A stretch of 64,000 bases of DNA from IMG/VR virus record IMGVR_UViG_3300042470_001026; one strand, 5' to 3'. Made by a program: the position numbers and the translations under genes. The first letter of the stretch is position 1; each line of letters begins with the position of its first letter. The notes under the pieces are model-generated. The model saw only the letters and a list, made by a program, of their open reading frames with translations. It was not told the origin of the DNA and searched no databases. This DNA is from an uncultured virus (IMG/VR IMGVR_UViG_3300042470_001026). Taxonomy: Duplodnaviria; Heunggongvirae; Uroviricota; Caudoviricetes. Positions 1-9,541 of this stretch are shown here, piece by piece.

Positions 1-64
1 TGAGAAATTTATCCATTGTTAATAAATTTTAATTAATTTACACCCATAAACAAAAACCATCAAA

Positions 65-175
65 ATGAAAAACCAGTATCAAAAAGACAGTCTTTCTACC
101 ACAACAGCCACTGTTGGTCTTATTATCATTATCATTATTGGAATGCTTGCAGATTCCATAAGTAATTTATTTTAA
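65..175 (+). CDS. 36-aa single-pass membrane peptide
   Basis: Hand-translated MKNQYQKDSLSTTTATVGLIIIIIIGMLADSISNLF*; A-rich leader; below the ORF-track size cutoff. Confidence 0.55.
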   Translation: MKNQYQKDSLSTTTATVGLIIIIIIGMLADSISNLF

Positions 176-204
176 TTATTTCAAAACCATAAAAACTAAT
201 TCAA

Positions 205-1200
205 ATGGCACATCAAATCAATTTTGACAAACGCACTGGAAAATGGTCTTTTGCCTCTCATTCAGAAAAAGCATGGCACGGTCTGGGACAAATTGTAGAC
301 AAGGCTATGACTGCCGAAGAAGCTATTAAGTATGCTAACCTAGATTACGAAGTAGCTAAAACCGATATATTCTTTTCTGGCAGCGATAACTCTATGAATC
401 CAATTGAGGGAATCTTCGCTACCTACAGAATGGATTCAAACGACTATTTAGGTTTAGTTCGTAGCCGTTATGAGATTGTACAGAACAAGGATGCCTTTGG
501 TTTTTTTGATACTATAATTCATGAGGGTGAAGCAATTTTTGAAACTGCTGGGGTTTTGGGTAAGGGGGAAAGAATCTTCTTGACCGCTAAACTGCCTGAT
601 GACTTTGAAATCGGGGGTGAGAAAATTGAGAAGTATATTCTTCTGACCAATAGCCATGACGGTACTAGCTCTGTAGTAGCGGGTTTGACCAATGTTCGTG
701 TAGTGTGTAATAATACCCTTCAGGCTGCTTTGGGTGGTCTGGATAATAAAGTGTCAATTAAACACACAAATGGTGTTCAGGATAGGCTAAAAGAAGCCCA
801 TCGGGTTATGGGTATAGCCTCAAAGTATAATAAGCAAGTGGAAGACATTTTTAATAAAATGGTGGATGTAAAGATGTCTGAAGGCGATTATCGGGACTAT
901 TTTACTAAAGTATTAGCTCCAGAGTATAAAGTCAAATCACCCGAAGAGCAAGCAGAAATGAGCACAAGGTTAAAAAATATGGTTGAGGCTACTACCCAGT
1001 TTGCATTTACCCACCCCACCCAGACCACAAATGCTGCCACTGGCAATCTTTGGGGGGCTTACAATGCTATTTCAGGGTATTACAACTATATCAAGCCTTA
1101 CGATAATCAGGAGAAGAAGTTTACGAGTCAGTTTTTTGGGGCTGCCAATACCAAGATGCTCAAATCATTCAATGAAGCCGTGTCCATATTAAACAATTAG
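205..1200 (+). CDS. DUF932 family phage/plasmid protein
   Basis: AWHGLG, YEIVQNKDAF, ETAGVL..G, LLTNSHDG, VRVVCNNTL and GNLWGAYNA motifs typical of DUF932. Confidence 0.9.
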   Translation: MAHQINFDKRTGKWSFASHSEKAWHGLGQIVDKAMTAEEAIKYANLDYEVAKTDIFFSGSDNSMNPIEGIFATYRMDSNDYLGLVRSRYEIVQNKDAFGFFDTIIHEGEAIFETAGVLGKGERIFLTAKLPDDFEIGGEKIEKYILLTNSHDGTSSVVAGLTNVRVVCNNTLQAALGGLDNKVSIKHTNGVQDRLKEAHRVMGIASKYNKQVEDIFNKMVDVKMSEGDYRDYFTKVLAPEYKVKSPEEQAEMSTRLKNMVEATTQFAFTHPTQTTNAATGNLWGAYNAISGYYNYIKPYDNQEKKFTSQFFGAANTKMLKSFNEAVSILNN

Positions 1201-1204
1201 GGCT

Positions 1205-1222
1205 GGGGGTAATTCTACCCCC
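1205..1222 (+). terminator. GC-rich hairpin after DUF932 (possible terminator or processing site)
   Basis: GGGGGTA-attc-TACCCCC perfect 7-bp stem; U-tract weak. Confidence 0.4.
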
Positions 1223-1241
1223 TTAATTAAAATAAATTAAT

Positions 1242-1880
1242 ATGCTATTAAACGAATCAAACGTTTTAAATGCTAACATACATAACCTTAAATTAAAGGT
1301 TAGGAGAAGTTGGCTTACAAAAAAAGAAAGTGACATCAATATATATGAGAATTGTTATGCTTTTGGTATTCAAAGTGTTGCGGGTAAAATATTGACATTT
1401 CACATAATGACAGACTATGGCATGCTAAGAAGCAGAGTACCTCTATCAGAACTTTTTTTTAATGAGCCTGATAATGATATACCAAGTGACTTTAAGCAAC
1501 TATGGGACTGTTTTTCTGAAAATGTAAGCGTAATTGAATATTCTTATTTAGCAGAAAAAAGGTGCAAAGTAATGCTAAAAAATAAATCTTTAATTTGGGC
1601 TACATATATATTTACCGTTGACTGGTTTAGCAATCCTTATTCTGATGAGCCTTCAGATTACAAATGTGGTCACATTCTTATAGCAGATGATGGTTATTTA
1701 CTCTGTCAGCCCAATAACAGAATATATTGGAAAGATTCAAATTGGGTGACTAAGGAATTTCCCATAGACCCTAAAGATTTTAAAGTAGACACAGAACTTG
1801 AATGTGTTGAATCAAAAAGTGATAAATGGGTTAGTCAAGATAGTAGCTCGTTTTATTATGAAATAAACGAAGTAAAATAA
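1242..1880 (+). CDS. hypothetical phage protein
   Basis: 212-aa ORF in operon; QLWDCFS, FTVDW, HKC-like and QPNNRI motifs recalled from uncultured phage proteins. Confidence 0.75.
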   Translation: MLLNESNVLNANIHNLKLKVRRSWLTKKESDINIYENCYAFGIQSVAGKILTFHIMTDYGMLRSRVPLSELFFNEPDNDIPSDFKQLWDCFSENVSVIEYSYLAEKRCKVMLKNKSLIWATYIFTVDWFSNPYSDEPSDYKCGHILIADDGYLLCQPNNRIYWKDSNWVTKEFPIDPKDFKVDTELECVESKSDKWVSQDSSSFYYEINEVK

Positions 1881-1886
1881 ATTACT

Positions 1887-2207
1887 ATGGAAGTAAATGA
1901 AGCTATACAATCTATGAAAGAGCTTATTGAAAGGGTAAAACAAAAAGACGTAAATCAAAAGACCCGTGATACAAATAACTCATATCTTATTGGTCTTGAG
2001 GTGGGGCTTACTTATTTAGAAATGGTAAAAAAGGATGAATTAACGCCTAGCCAAATACAAGAGTTACAGAGGTCTTTTAAAGACCAGTATGTTGAAAAGA
2101 AGGTTGCCCAAGAAATTTTAAATAGGGCTGTTTTCGATGCTACTAAAAAGAGTAACGAAATATTCCATATGGCTTTTTCTCAATTAAATAAAAACAAAAA
2201 ATCATGA
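1887..2207 (+). CDS. hypothetical protein
   Basis: 106-aa ORF, ATGA-coupled to the next gene. Confidence 0.7.
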   Translation: MEVNEAIQSMKELIERVKQKDVNQKTRDTNNSYLIGLEVGLTYLEMVKKDELTPSQIQELQRSFKDQYVEKKVAQEILNRAVFDATKKSNEIFHMAFSQLNKNKKS

Positions 2208-2764
2208 AAAATTTATTTATTGCTTTAGCAATTTTAACCAGCACAGCCAGTTTTGGGCAGACATTTGACGGGGTTTCCATATCAGGAGACCTACCAACAG
2301 CAGTTTCTAGATTCAAAGCTAAAGGCTATGTATTATCTAACACTTTTGAGCAAGGTGTCAAACTTAAAGGAAGAGTAGCTGGTCGTAATATTGAGCTTTT
2401 TATATTTGTGACCCCAAAGAGCAAAAAGGTATTCAAAATGATAGCCTACTTGCCTGAACAAACTAGTTGGAGTGCACTAAGAGATACATATATCGAAATT
2501 CTGACAACCTTGCAAAACAAATATGGTGAGCCAGACGAAACTGAAGCCAAGTTTATTACCCCCTACTATTTAGGAGACGGGTATGAGCTTAATGCCGTAA
2601 GACTAGAAAAGATTGATTATCATGCCTATTGGTTTCGCAGAGATAATCTAACCGTTGGTGTTGAAATTTCTAAATTCTCTCAAGTGAAGCTCATTTATGA
2701 GAATAACATAATGATGGACTTAAAAGACAAAGAGCAAGGTGAAATTGAAAGAAACTCATTCTGA
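2204..2764 (+). CDS. exported protein with signal peptide
   Basis: N-terminus MKNLFIALAILTSTASFG-Q is a Bacteroidota-style Sec signal with Gln at +1. Confidence 0.75.
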   Translation: MKNLFIALAILTSTASFGQTFDGVSISGDLPTAVSRFKAKGYVLSNTFEQGVKLKGRVAGRNIELFIFVTPKSKKVFKMIAYLPEQTSWSALRDTYIEILTTLQNKYGEPDETEAKFITPYYLGDGYELNAVRLEKIDYHAYWFRRDNLTVGVEISKFSQVKLIYENNIMMDLKDKEQGEIERNSF

Positions 2765-2770
2765 CAACTT

Positions 2771-2947
2771 ATGACCAAATCCGAGTTCAATAGCTTCTCT
2801 ATGTTAGAGATTGAAAACGAGCTATTAAGAAAGAAAATAGCCGACGCTAACAAGCGTATCGAAAGCATGCAAAAGACCATAGATTCATTAACTGATTTAA
2901 TTTCAAAAAAAGATGAAAACAAAAGAGAAAACGTACAATCGGAGTAA
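2771..2947 (+). CDS. 58-aa coiled-coil protein
   Basis: Hand-translated MTKSEFNSFSMLEIENELLRKKIADANKRIESMQKTIDSL...; fills the intergenic gap. Confidence 0.6.
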   Translation: MTKSEFNSFSMLEIENELLRKKIADANKRIESMQKTIDSLTDLISKKDENKRENVQSE

Positions 2948-3140
2948 ACTTGGGCAATTACTGGACGAAAGAGACCTAACACTTAAGGAGTTTGCAAGTT
3001 TGGTTTTTGAAAAAACTGGGTATTTTATACATGTGACCAATTTATCAAACTATTGCACTGGTTTTAGAGCAATTAGAAGAATTGATACCGCTAAATATTT
3101 TGCAGAGACACTTGATGTTCCCGTCACTGATATTATATGA
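2913..3140 (+). CDS. XRE-like helix-turn-helix protein
   Basis: LGQLLDERDLTLKEFA...LSNYCTG...AETLDVPVTDI pattern. Confidence 0.75.
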   Translation: MKTKEKTYNRSKLGQLLDERDLTLKEFASLVFEKTGYFIHVTNLSNYCTGFRAIRRIDTAKYFAETLDVPVTDII

Positions 3141-3469
3141 AAGATACCGTTTATAAAACCATAGAATATCTAAATTTTGTCACTGGTAGTGACTATTCTG
3201 ATAACTTCCCAGCAACTATGAATGCCTTGAACCAGCTAATAGCTATGGGCTACGGACTAGCTGATTTTAAGAAAGTTATAGATAAAAAATGGCAGCATTG
3301 GAAGGGAACCAAATATCAGAATTATGTTAGACCGTCCACCCTTTTTGGTAAAAATTTTGAAAACTATTTAAATGAAGAACGAACTTCAAAAAACTCCTTC
3401 GAACAGCTCAAGAGCAGTGTCAGTAAAGCAAAACAAGCTAATTGGAGACTGGATTCAAAACGAAGTTGA
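3137..3469 (+). CDS. conserved phage C-terminal domain (Phg_2220_C-like) replication protein
   Basis: IEYLN...DFKKVIDKK..W.GT...YVRPSTLFGKNFENYLN. Confidence 0.85.
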   Translation: MKDTVYKTIEYLNFVTGSDYSDNFPATMNALNQLIAMGYGLADFKKVIDKKWQHWKGTKYQNYVRPSTLFGKNFENYLNEERTSKNSFEQLKSSVSKAKQANWRLDSKRS

Positions 3470-4217
3470 ATATGAGGTAGCCAAGACCTTTGATGGTAAA
3501 AGGATTGGTGATTACACCAAAGAAGACATGACTAAGCTAGTTGAGCTGATGGCTCACTGGAGAGTCCTCTTAGGGGTTACTAGTGATTCTACTGAAATTG
3601 AACTAGTTGTAATATGCCAGTTCGTTTATGATAATTTTAAAAAGTATTCTTTAGCTGATATTAGGCTTGCCATGAATTGGGCTATATCTGGTAGGATTGA
3701 TGTTGGCTTCGTAAGTCAAAAAAGCCTTTCCAGTTTCTACGTCAGCAAGGTGCTTAATGCCTATGACGATAGGAAAAGAGACATCTATAACGGTTTTATG
3801 GAAAGACGGGACAGACACCTTCAAAGGCTGGAAATAGATAAAAAATCAGAGCCTACGGTGGAAGAAAAGGCCAAGCTTTTTAAAGAAATGTTAATGGGGC
3901 TTTACACATCACACCAAAATAATCAGCCGTTTTATGACTTTAATGATTTCGTTTACAATTGGTTAAAGAGCACGGGGCAGATTCAAGCCACTCAAGAAGA
4001 AATAAACGCAGCCGTGTTTTATGGTCAGGAAAAGTATCGGGATGAACGTAGACAGCAAAACGCTGCTAACATACTTCGTCAAATCTCAAATATGGACGTA
4101 GGGGATAATAAAGAGGAAAAGCAAAAAAAATATGCCAGAGAGTACATAATCAAAAAATACTTTGATAAGTACACGATTGGGGAAATTATATCCAAGATTA
4201 AACCAAGCCAGTTTTAG
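3372..4217 (+). CDS. hypothetical protein, possibly replication/helicase-loader associated
   Basis: 281-aa helical ORF overlapping the Phg_2220_C gene; function inferred from position. Confidence 0.6.
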   Translation: MKNELQKTPSNSSRAVSVKQNKLIGDWIQNEVEYEVAKTFDGKRIGDYTKEDMTKLVELMAHWRVLLGVTSDSTEIELVVICQFVYDNFKKYSLADIRLAMNWAISGRIDVGFVSQKSLSSFYVSKVLNAYDDRKRDIYNGFMERRDRHLQRLEIDKKSEPTVEEKAKLFKEMLMGLYTSHQNNQPFYDFNDFVYNWLKSTGQIQATQEEINAAVFYGQEKYRDERRQQNAANILRQISNMDVGDNKEEKQKKYAREYIIKKYFDKYTIGEIISKIKPSQF

Positions 4218-4253
4218 TAAAAATTACAAAATTAAAACAGAAATTCAAGTATT

Positions 4254-4475
4254 ATGATAGTTCAAACCATCCACGAAATCCTAAACCCTTTTGACGTAGA
4301 AACCCCTCTAGGTTATGGAGTAGCCCTTTTTATGATATCAGGGTCTATTCACTCAAACCCTCAATTTATTGTCCGTATATATAACTCTGGTATTATAAGG
4401 ACTGTAGACCAAAACGATATAAAGATTTACGGTAACCCGACAACGGGAGAAAAGCTAACACCAGAAAGTAATTAA
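4254..4475 (+). CDS. hypothetical phage protein
   Basis: 73 aa; VETPLGYGVALF...YGNP. Confidence 0.7.
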   Translation: MIVQTIHEILNPFDVETPLGYGVALFMISGSIHSNPQFIVRIYNSGIIRTVDQNDIKIYGNPTTGEKLTPESN

Positions 4476-4487
4476 AATAAATTAATT

Positions 4488-4979
4488 ATGCAATCTAAAC
4501 AAGAGCTTGAGGACTGGTATTCTGAAAAAGATAGGTGGGGGTATTTCCATAATGAATTTGATAGGATTCGCCTAAATCAAATACTTAAACTACTAAACTG
4601 GGGTAAAAAGAGATACAGCAGAGCCATAGATATTGGATGTGGAGAAGGGTTTATCACCCAGCACTTACCCGCTGATGAAATACACGGAATAGACCTTTCG
4701 GACAATGCCTTAAAACGGTTGCCGTCCTCCGTTACCGCTGTTAATGCCCCAATAGGCCAATATGACCTAGTAATAAGTACTGGAACGCTTTATAAGCAGT
4801 ACGACCATGAGGCTATTTACAAATTAATAATTGGGTGTGCTTCTGAATATATCCTTGTAGGGGGTATTGAGGACTGGTTAATAGACTATAATTTCAAGAC
4901 TAAAGTTCAAATGACAACTTTCCCATATCGTGAATATACTCAAAAATTAACCCTATACCATGTGGAGACTAGCTCATAA
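4488..4979 (+). CDS. class I SAM-dependent methyltransferase (NodS-like)
   Basis: AIDIGCGEG motif I, GIDLS, YDLVIS; N-terminal DRWGY. Confidence 0.85.
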   Translation: MQSKQELEDWYSEKDRWGYFHNEFDRIRLNQILKLLNWGKKRYSRAIDIGCGEGFITQHLPADEIHGIDLSDNALKRLPSSVTAVNAPIGQYDLVISTGTLYKQYDHEAIYKLIIGCASEYILVGGIEDWLIDYNFKTKVQMTTFPYREYTQKLTLYHVETSS

Positions 4980-5481
4980 CATTGGAACCGAAAAGCACTC
5001 AAACTACAATACTATAGAGCAAATAAAGGCTTGTAATGAACCTATTGGGTTTGACGGTATTTACAGAAACGTATATGAAAATAGACAAATCTTAAAGGAC
5101 AAATCGGGTATATTCTTCGTTATGGGAAACTATATGGGTAAGGATAACACCTTTGACCTAGCCCATGTCCCAAAGCTGGAAAAGTATTGCAATTGGGAAG
5201 AGATGTATGAAATGCTGGAATTTCTTCCAACTTTTAAATTAGGCTGGCATACATGGTCTCACCCAGACCTAACTACTTTATCTAAAGAGCAGATTATCAG
5301 AGAAATAACCCCTCCCTACCCTATGGAGTTTTTTGCCTACCCATACGGAAGATATAATGAATTAGTTGTTAGTTGCGTAATTGAAGCTGGGTTTAAAAGT
5401 GCTTTTAGTGTAACTCAAGGCAGTACAAATATCAACGACCAGAATTACCAGTACAAAATTTATAGAGACTATATTAATTAA
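4960..5481 (+). CDS. polysaccharide deacetylase (NodB/CE4)
   Basis: GFDG, GWHTWSHPDLT, FAYPYGRYN motifs. Confidence 0.85.
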   Translation: MWRLAHNIGTEKHSNYNTIEQIKACNEPIGFDGIYRNVYENRQILKDKSGIFFVMGNYMGKDNTFDLAHVPKLEKYCNWEEMYEMLEFLPTFKLGWHTWSHPDLTTLSKEQIIREITPPYPMEFFAYPYGRYNELVVSCVIEAGFKSAFSVTQGSTNINDQNYQYKIYRDYIN

Positions 5482-5492
5482 AAATAATTAAC

Positions 5493-6215
5493 ATGAATTA
5501 TTTAGAGCAGTATAAAGAAAAGGGAGTGGTTGTTATTCCTAATGTATTTACTCCCGAGGAATGTGCAGAAATAAAAAGACAAGCTTACTTAGTTCAAGAT
5601 TCTGATATTAAGAATGCTGGTTATCCCCATCAACCGTCTGAAATAGCCTACAACAAGAAAAGCCTAATATTTTTCCCCGCCATTTGTAACCCTTATTTAA
5701 ATAAAATCAGGACAGATGAAAGGCTTGCTACGCTGGTGCGAGAGTTTATAGGCGAAGACGTGAGGCAAATTAATAACCAAGTATATTTTAGAGAAGCTGG
5801 GGATAGAGACCAATTTGCTTGGCATCAAGATATTATGTTCAGAGAGTCTTCTATATTTAATGAAGACGTAGAAGATGATTATTTTCAAACAATTATAGCA
5901 GTAGATGACATAACTGAAACGAATGGGGCAGTAGAATTTATTGAAGGGTCTCATCGTGCTCCTATCATGAGTCCGCCATCAAATTTGAGGGTTTTTGAAA
6001 GATGTGGGCTCCACGGTAAAAAATATACCGCCACTAGAGGCAGTATTTTAATATGGTCAGTATTAACAATTCATGGTAGTGAAGAAAATCTTTCTAACAA
6101 AGATAGAATGACATATATGAATGGGTTTTGCCGTGCAAAGGCTGCAAACAAATATCCGTTTTACATGATGAACGGGCATACAATTAATTTTATTGACACA
6201 ACACAGATACCATGA
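5493..6215 (+). CDS. PhyH-family 2OG-Fe(II) dioxygenase
   Basis: WHQD, IAVDD..ETNGA..FIEGSH, distal H (TIHGS), N.S..DR. Confidence 0.9.
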   Translation: MNYLEQYKEKGVVVIPNVFTPEECAEIKRQAYLVQDSDIKNAGYPHQPSEIAYNKKSLIFFPAICNPYLNKIRTDERLATLVREFIGEDVRQINNQVYFREAGDRDQFAWHQDIMFRESSIFNEDVEDDYFQTIIAVDDITETNGAVEFIEGSHRAPIMSPPSNLRVFERCGLHGKKYTATRGSILIWSVLTIHGSEENLSNKDRMTYMNGFCRAKAANKYPFYMMNGHTINFIDTTQIP

Positions 6216-6889
6216 CATACGGAATAGTAATATCAAGTTATAAGTATGGTCATTTGGCCTCCCATGCCGTAGAAAGCGTTTTAGCTCAAACTACCCCTTT
6301 TGATAAGATTTGGTTCGTAGACGATGCCGTTGGAGATTGCCAGCATATTGAGAAGATTTATGGGGATAGGCTGCAATTCATAAAAAATGAAAGCAATCTT
6401 GGTATTGTAGACAATTTCAATAAGATGCTATATCAGGTAGATACCGACTACATTATGTTTCTAGGTGCAGACAATTGGCTTCGTCCAGATACACTTTATT
6501 ACCTAAAATCTGTATTTGAAAAGAATTCGTTTGTTCTTTCGGACGGGGTTTCTTTTAAAAGAGACATATCTGATGTTCACATAGTTACATACGACATAAT
6601 GGTAACTGGGGAGCTCCGTCAGGAGTTATATAGGTTTTATAGCCACTCCATGACCGAAAAAGAGGGAGACTTATACTGGGACAGAAATGGGGGGCATCAC
6701 GGCTCCATGATGTATGAGGTAGAGCTAGCCAAATCCGTTGGGGGCTATGCACACAATAAAACAAGCAATAGAACGGACGAAGATATGAACCTCTGGAATA
6801 AGATGCTAACCGCTGGAGCTAAAGTAAAGCATGTAAACCAATCTTTATTATATTATAGAAGACACAAAGAAAACTTTAATAAGTACTAA
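6212..6889 (+). CDS. glycosyltransferase family 2
   Basis: AVESVLAQT, VDDA, FLGADN, EDMNLW, YYRRH. Confidence 0.85.
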   Translation: MTYGIVISSYKYGHLASHAVESVLAQTTPFDKIWFVDDAVGDCQHIEKIYGDRLQFIKNESNLGIVDNFNKMLYQVDTDYIMFLGADNWLRPDTLYYLKSVFEKNSFVLSDGVSFKRDISDVHIVTYDIMVTGELRQELYRFYSHSMTEKEGDLYWDRNGGHHGSMMYEVELAKSVGGYAHNKTSNRTDEDMNLWNKMLTAGAKVKHVNQSLLYYRRHKENFNKY

Positions 6890-6890
6890 C

Positions 6891-7322
6891 ATGAAAAGCC
6901 CTTTTAAGAATATCTCTTTACGCTTGCAAATACTTAAAGTCAATATAAAGATTCACTTTATAAGATTTAAGACTTTCCTAAACATTTTGAAAATGCTTTC
7001 CATAAGTCTTAAAATGAAATGGAATATTGTAAAGATGAAAATGAAGAAGGTGTATGTAAATGCCTATTTTACTATCGTACCACCACTTAAGTTTATTTTT
7101 ATCTTTCCAGCCATAGTACTTTCAGGTATAGTGGTTTTGCCCATAATTATATCAAACTTAGTAGGATATGGGGACTTCTTTCAAAGAATGGTTTCTCCAG
7201 AAACTCCAAAAGAGGAAAAACTAGCTTTCTGGGAACTGACCTACAGCTTCTTAATACACCTTTCCTTTACAATCTACATTATTATAGCAGCCTATTACGT
7301 ATATCAAATTAACTATAGATGA
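6891..7322 (+). CDS. membrane protein (2 TM); true start may be downstream
   Basis: Two hydrophobic segments in the C-terminal half. Confidence 0.6.
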   Translation: MKSPFKNISLRLQILKVNIKIHFIRFKTFLNILKMLSISLKMKWNIVKMKMKKVYVNAYFTIVPPLKFIFIFPAIVLSGIVVLPIIISNLVGYGDFFQRMVSPETPKEEKLAFWELTYSFLIHLSFTIYIIIAAYYVYQINYR

Positions 7323-7948
7323 CATTTTGCATCCTAATTCCTACGATAAATAGAAAAGACCTTCTCATTGAAGCCCTAGATTTCTATACAACCCACATGC
7401 CAAATACCCAAATTCTTATCTGGGATAATGGCAAACAAGCCATACCGACTTACCCAAATACAGAGATTTTTGAAGCTGAATATAACTACGGGGTCGCAGC
7501 CTCATGGAATGCCTTAATTGACAAAGCTTGGGAAAGGGGAATAGAAAACTACCTGATATTAAATGACGATGTAATACTAAGATGCGGGGAAGGTATTATA
7601 AACCAGATGCTGGTTAAGTGTGCTGAAACTAAAGCGTTTCACAGATGTAGGCCATTTTATAACTGGTCAGCCTTTATTTTAAGGAAATCCACTTACGACT
7701 TGGTAGGCCGATTTGACGAAAACTTTAAGCGGTGCTATTTTGAAGACAATGACTATCAATACAGAATGAGGCTTGCGGGCATACCCATAATGTATGAAGA
7801 CCAGCTAAACCCTGAAATTTACCGAAACTCTCAGTCAATACTAAAAGACCCCCTATTAAGCAACTATATAGACAATCGGGATTATTTTGTAAAGAAATGG
7901 GGAGGTATGCCAGATAGCGAAACTCATAAAACCCCGTTCAACGAATGA
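7319..7948 (+). CDS. glycosyltransferase family 2
   Basis: ILIPT..R, WDNG, N.GVAASWN, LNDD, GRFDENF...YFEDND. Confidence 0.9.
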   Translation: MTFCILIPTINRKDLLIEALDFYTTHMPNTQILIWDNGKQAIPTYPNTEIFEAEYNYGVAASWNALIDKAWERGIENYLILNDDVILRCGEGIINQMLVKCAETKAFHRCRPFYNWSAFILRKSTYDLVGRFDENFKRCYFEDNDYQYRMRLAGIPIMYEDQLNPEIYRNSQSILKDPLLSNYIDNRDYFVKKWGGMPDSETHKTPFNE

Positions 7949-8145
7949 TAAAAGCCTTTTTGTGGTTTGTATTCCTAGCCCACACCCTAGCCATTAGTGC
8001 ATACATAGCAATGTCCCTTATGGGGTATATCAAATCTGAACGCTTGATTTTGATTTTATTATCAATTAGTAGTATCTTGACAACGCTAACTTTTTCTGAA
8101 TACGTCCTAAGAGACGATTTTAAACATCGTAGCCCAAAAAGATAA
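7945..8145 (+). CDS. small 2-TM membrane protein
   Basis: 66 aa, two hydrophobic helices, ATGA overlap. Confidence 0.6.
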   Translation: MIKAFLWFVFLAHTLAISAYIAMSLMGYIKSERLILILLSISSILTTLTFSEYVLRDDFKHRSPKR

Positions 8146-8149
8146 TAAA

Positions 8150-8512
8150 ATGAATATTAAAAAACATATTGGAACTATTACGGTAGCTTTTTTAGCCGTA
8201 GTTTTTTCTCTTTTTATCGTAGGTAAAAACACAAAGCTCCATTCCAAGATATCCGTTCTGGAAGGAGAGAAGAAGCAAATGGAGCAAAGGATTAAAGAAC
8301 TGGCAGAGGAAAGGCTCGAAGTACTGGACAGCATATCAAGTTTACAAATTCAAGTTGAAAAGCTAATTGCAGAAGATGTGAGCCTGAAGCAGAAAAATGA
8401 AAAGCTGGAATCTAAAATGAAAACCCTTAAATCAAAATATGAAAAAGCTAATAATCACAGTATTAACTACAATACTGATAGCATCAGAAGGTATTTCACA
8501 GACTTCAACTGA
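8150..8512 (+). CDS. i-spanin-like protein (N-terminal TM plus coiled coil)
   Basis: TM at about aa 8-25, long heptad coiled coil, overlaps the next gene. Confidence 0.55.
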   Translation: MNIKKHIGTITVAFLAVVFSLFIVGKNTKLHSKISVLEGEKKQMEQRIKELAEERLEVLDSISSLQIQVEKLIAEDVSLKQKNEKLESKMKTLKSKYEKANNHSINYNTDSIRRYFTDFN

Positions 8513-8852
8513 TACCACTTGCATCCCAAACACCCAGCTTAAAAAGGTAATAAACCGAATTGAAGCTTGTAAGGTACTTGAGGAGGAGCTTGCCCTATCT
8601 AAAGAGCAATTAAACCTAGCTAAAGACAGAATTAATTTAAAAGATACTACAATCTTAAAACTCCAGCTTCAGGGGTCTAACTACGAAAGGCTAATTGAAA
8701 ACTATAAAAATACTGAAACAACTTTCAGGTCTATAGTAGATAATCAAGAAAAACAAATAGTTTTACAGAAGAAATTAATCCGAAGAAAAGGCTTTAGTAA
8801 ATGGATAGTAGGAGCTCTTGGAATCGGTATTGGTTATTTCATAGCAAAATAA
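8439..8852 (+). CDS. spanin-partner-like exported coiled-coil protein with C-terminal TM
   Basis: Signal peptide, TTCIP, coiled coil, C-terminal WIVGALGIGIGYFIAK. Confidence 0.5.
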   Translation: MKKLIITVLTTILIASEGISQTSTDTTCIPNTQLKKVINRIEACKVLEEELALSKEQLNLAKDRINLKDTTILKLQLQGSNYERLIENYKNTETTFRSIVDNQEKQIVLQKKLIRRKGFSKWIVGALGIGIGYFIAK

Positions 8853-8853
8853 A

Positions 8854-9063
8854 ATGGAAAAAGAAACTATCTCAAAAAACGACAGCCCTATGGGTTTTGA
8901 CGTACAAACAGTACGTTTACTAGACGTTTTTTTTATTGCCCCTTTTTTAATTTATGTTGGAAGCAATAAATCATTATCAACCCCAGTAAGGGCAACACTT
9001 TGGGGAATCGGCCTTGCAACACTTTTCTATAATGGGCATCACTATTTAAAAAATAAAAAATGA
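8854..9063 (+). CDS. small 2-TM membrane protein
   Basis: QTVRLLDVFFIAPFLIYVG...LWGIGLATLFYNG. Confidence 0.7.
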   Translation: MEKETISKNDSPMGFDVQTVRLLDVFFIAPFLIYVGSNKSLSTPVRATLWGIGLATLFYNGHHYLKNKK

Positions 9064-9329
9064 CAAAGTACACTTTAAATAAAGGTCAGCAAGGAGAGAA
9101 AGTTTTAATGATTAATGGAATACAAAGTTTCTGCCCATTCGTAGACCCTATACCCATGCAAGGAAACATGGGGCAAATCCAACTGATGAGACTTCCTTGT
9201 ACTTCTGCTTGCCCTCACGCTGTGGTAAATGAAGAAGAATATTGTATTACTTGCAGTGGTAAGCTTACAATCTTTGAATTAGAAGAAGAGGAATCTCCAA
9301 AGTCAGATGTATTAACCATAGTTGAATGA
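9060..9329 (+). CDS. small Cys-containing hypothetical protein
   Basis: CPF, CTSACPH, CITC; possible metal binding. Confidence 0.65.
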   Translation: MTKYTLNKGQQGEKVLMINGIQSFCPFVDPIPMQGNMGQIQLMRLPCTSACPHAVVNEEEYCITCSGKLTIFELEEEESPKSDVLTIVE

Positions 9330-9541
9330 AAATTGAAATAACGTTAAATAGTAATAAATACGTTATTGAGAGGGAATCATTTGATGTAGAAACAGCATTT
9401 GATGACTTTTTAAATCTGCTATTTATTGCTGGTGTAGATATACAAGAACTAGAAAAAATAATAGCAATAACTCCATACAAAGCAAAAAAAAACCATAAAA
9501 AATATGAGTCAAAAAAATTACCGAATACTTGCAACCTTTGA
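9326..9541 (+). CDS. hypothetical protein
   Basis: 71 aa, coupled overlaps on both sides. Confidence 0.55.
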   Translation: MKIEITLNSNKYVIERESFDVETAFDDFLNLLFIAGVDIQELEKIIAITPYKAKKNHKKYESKKLPNTCNL

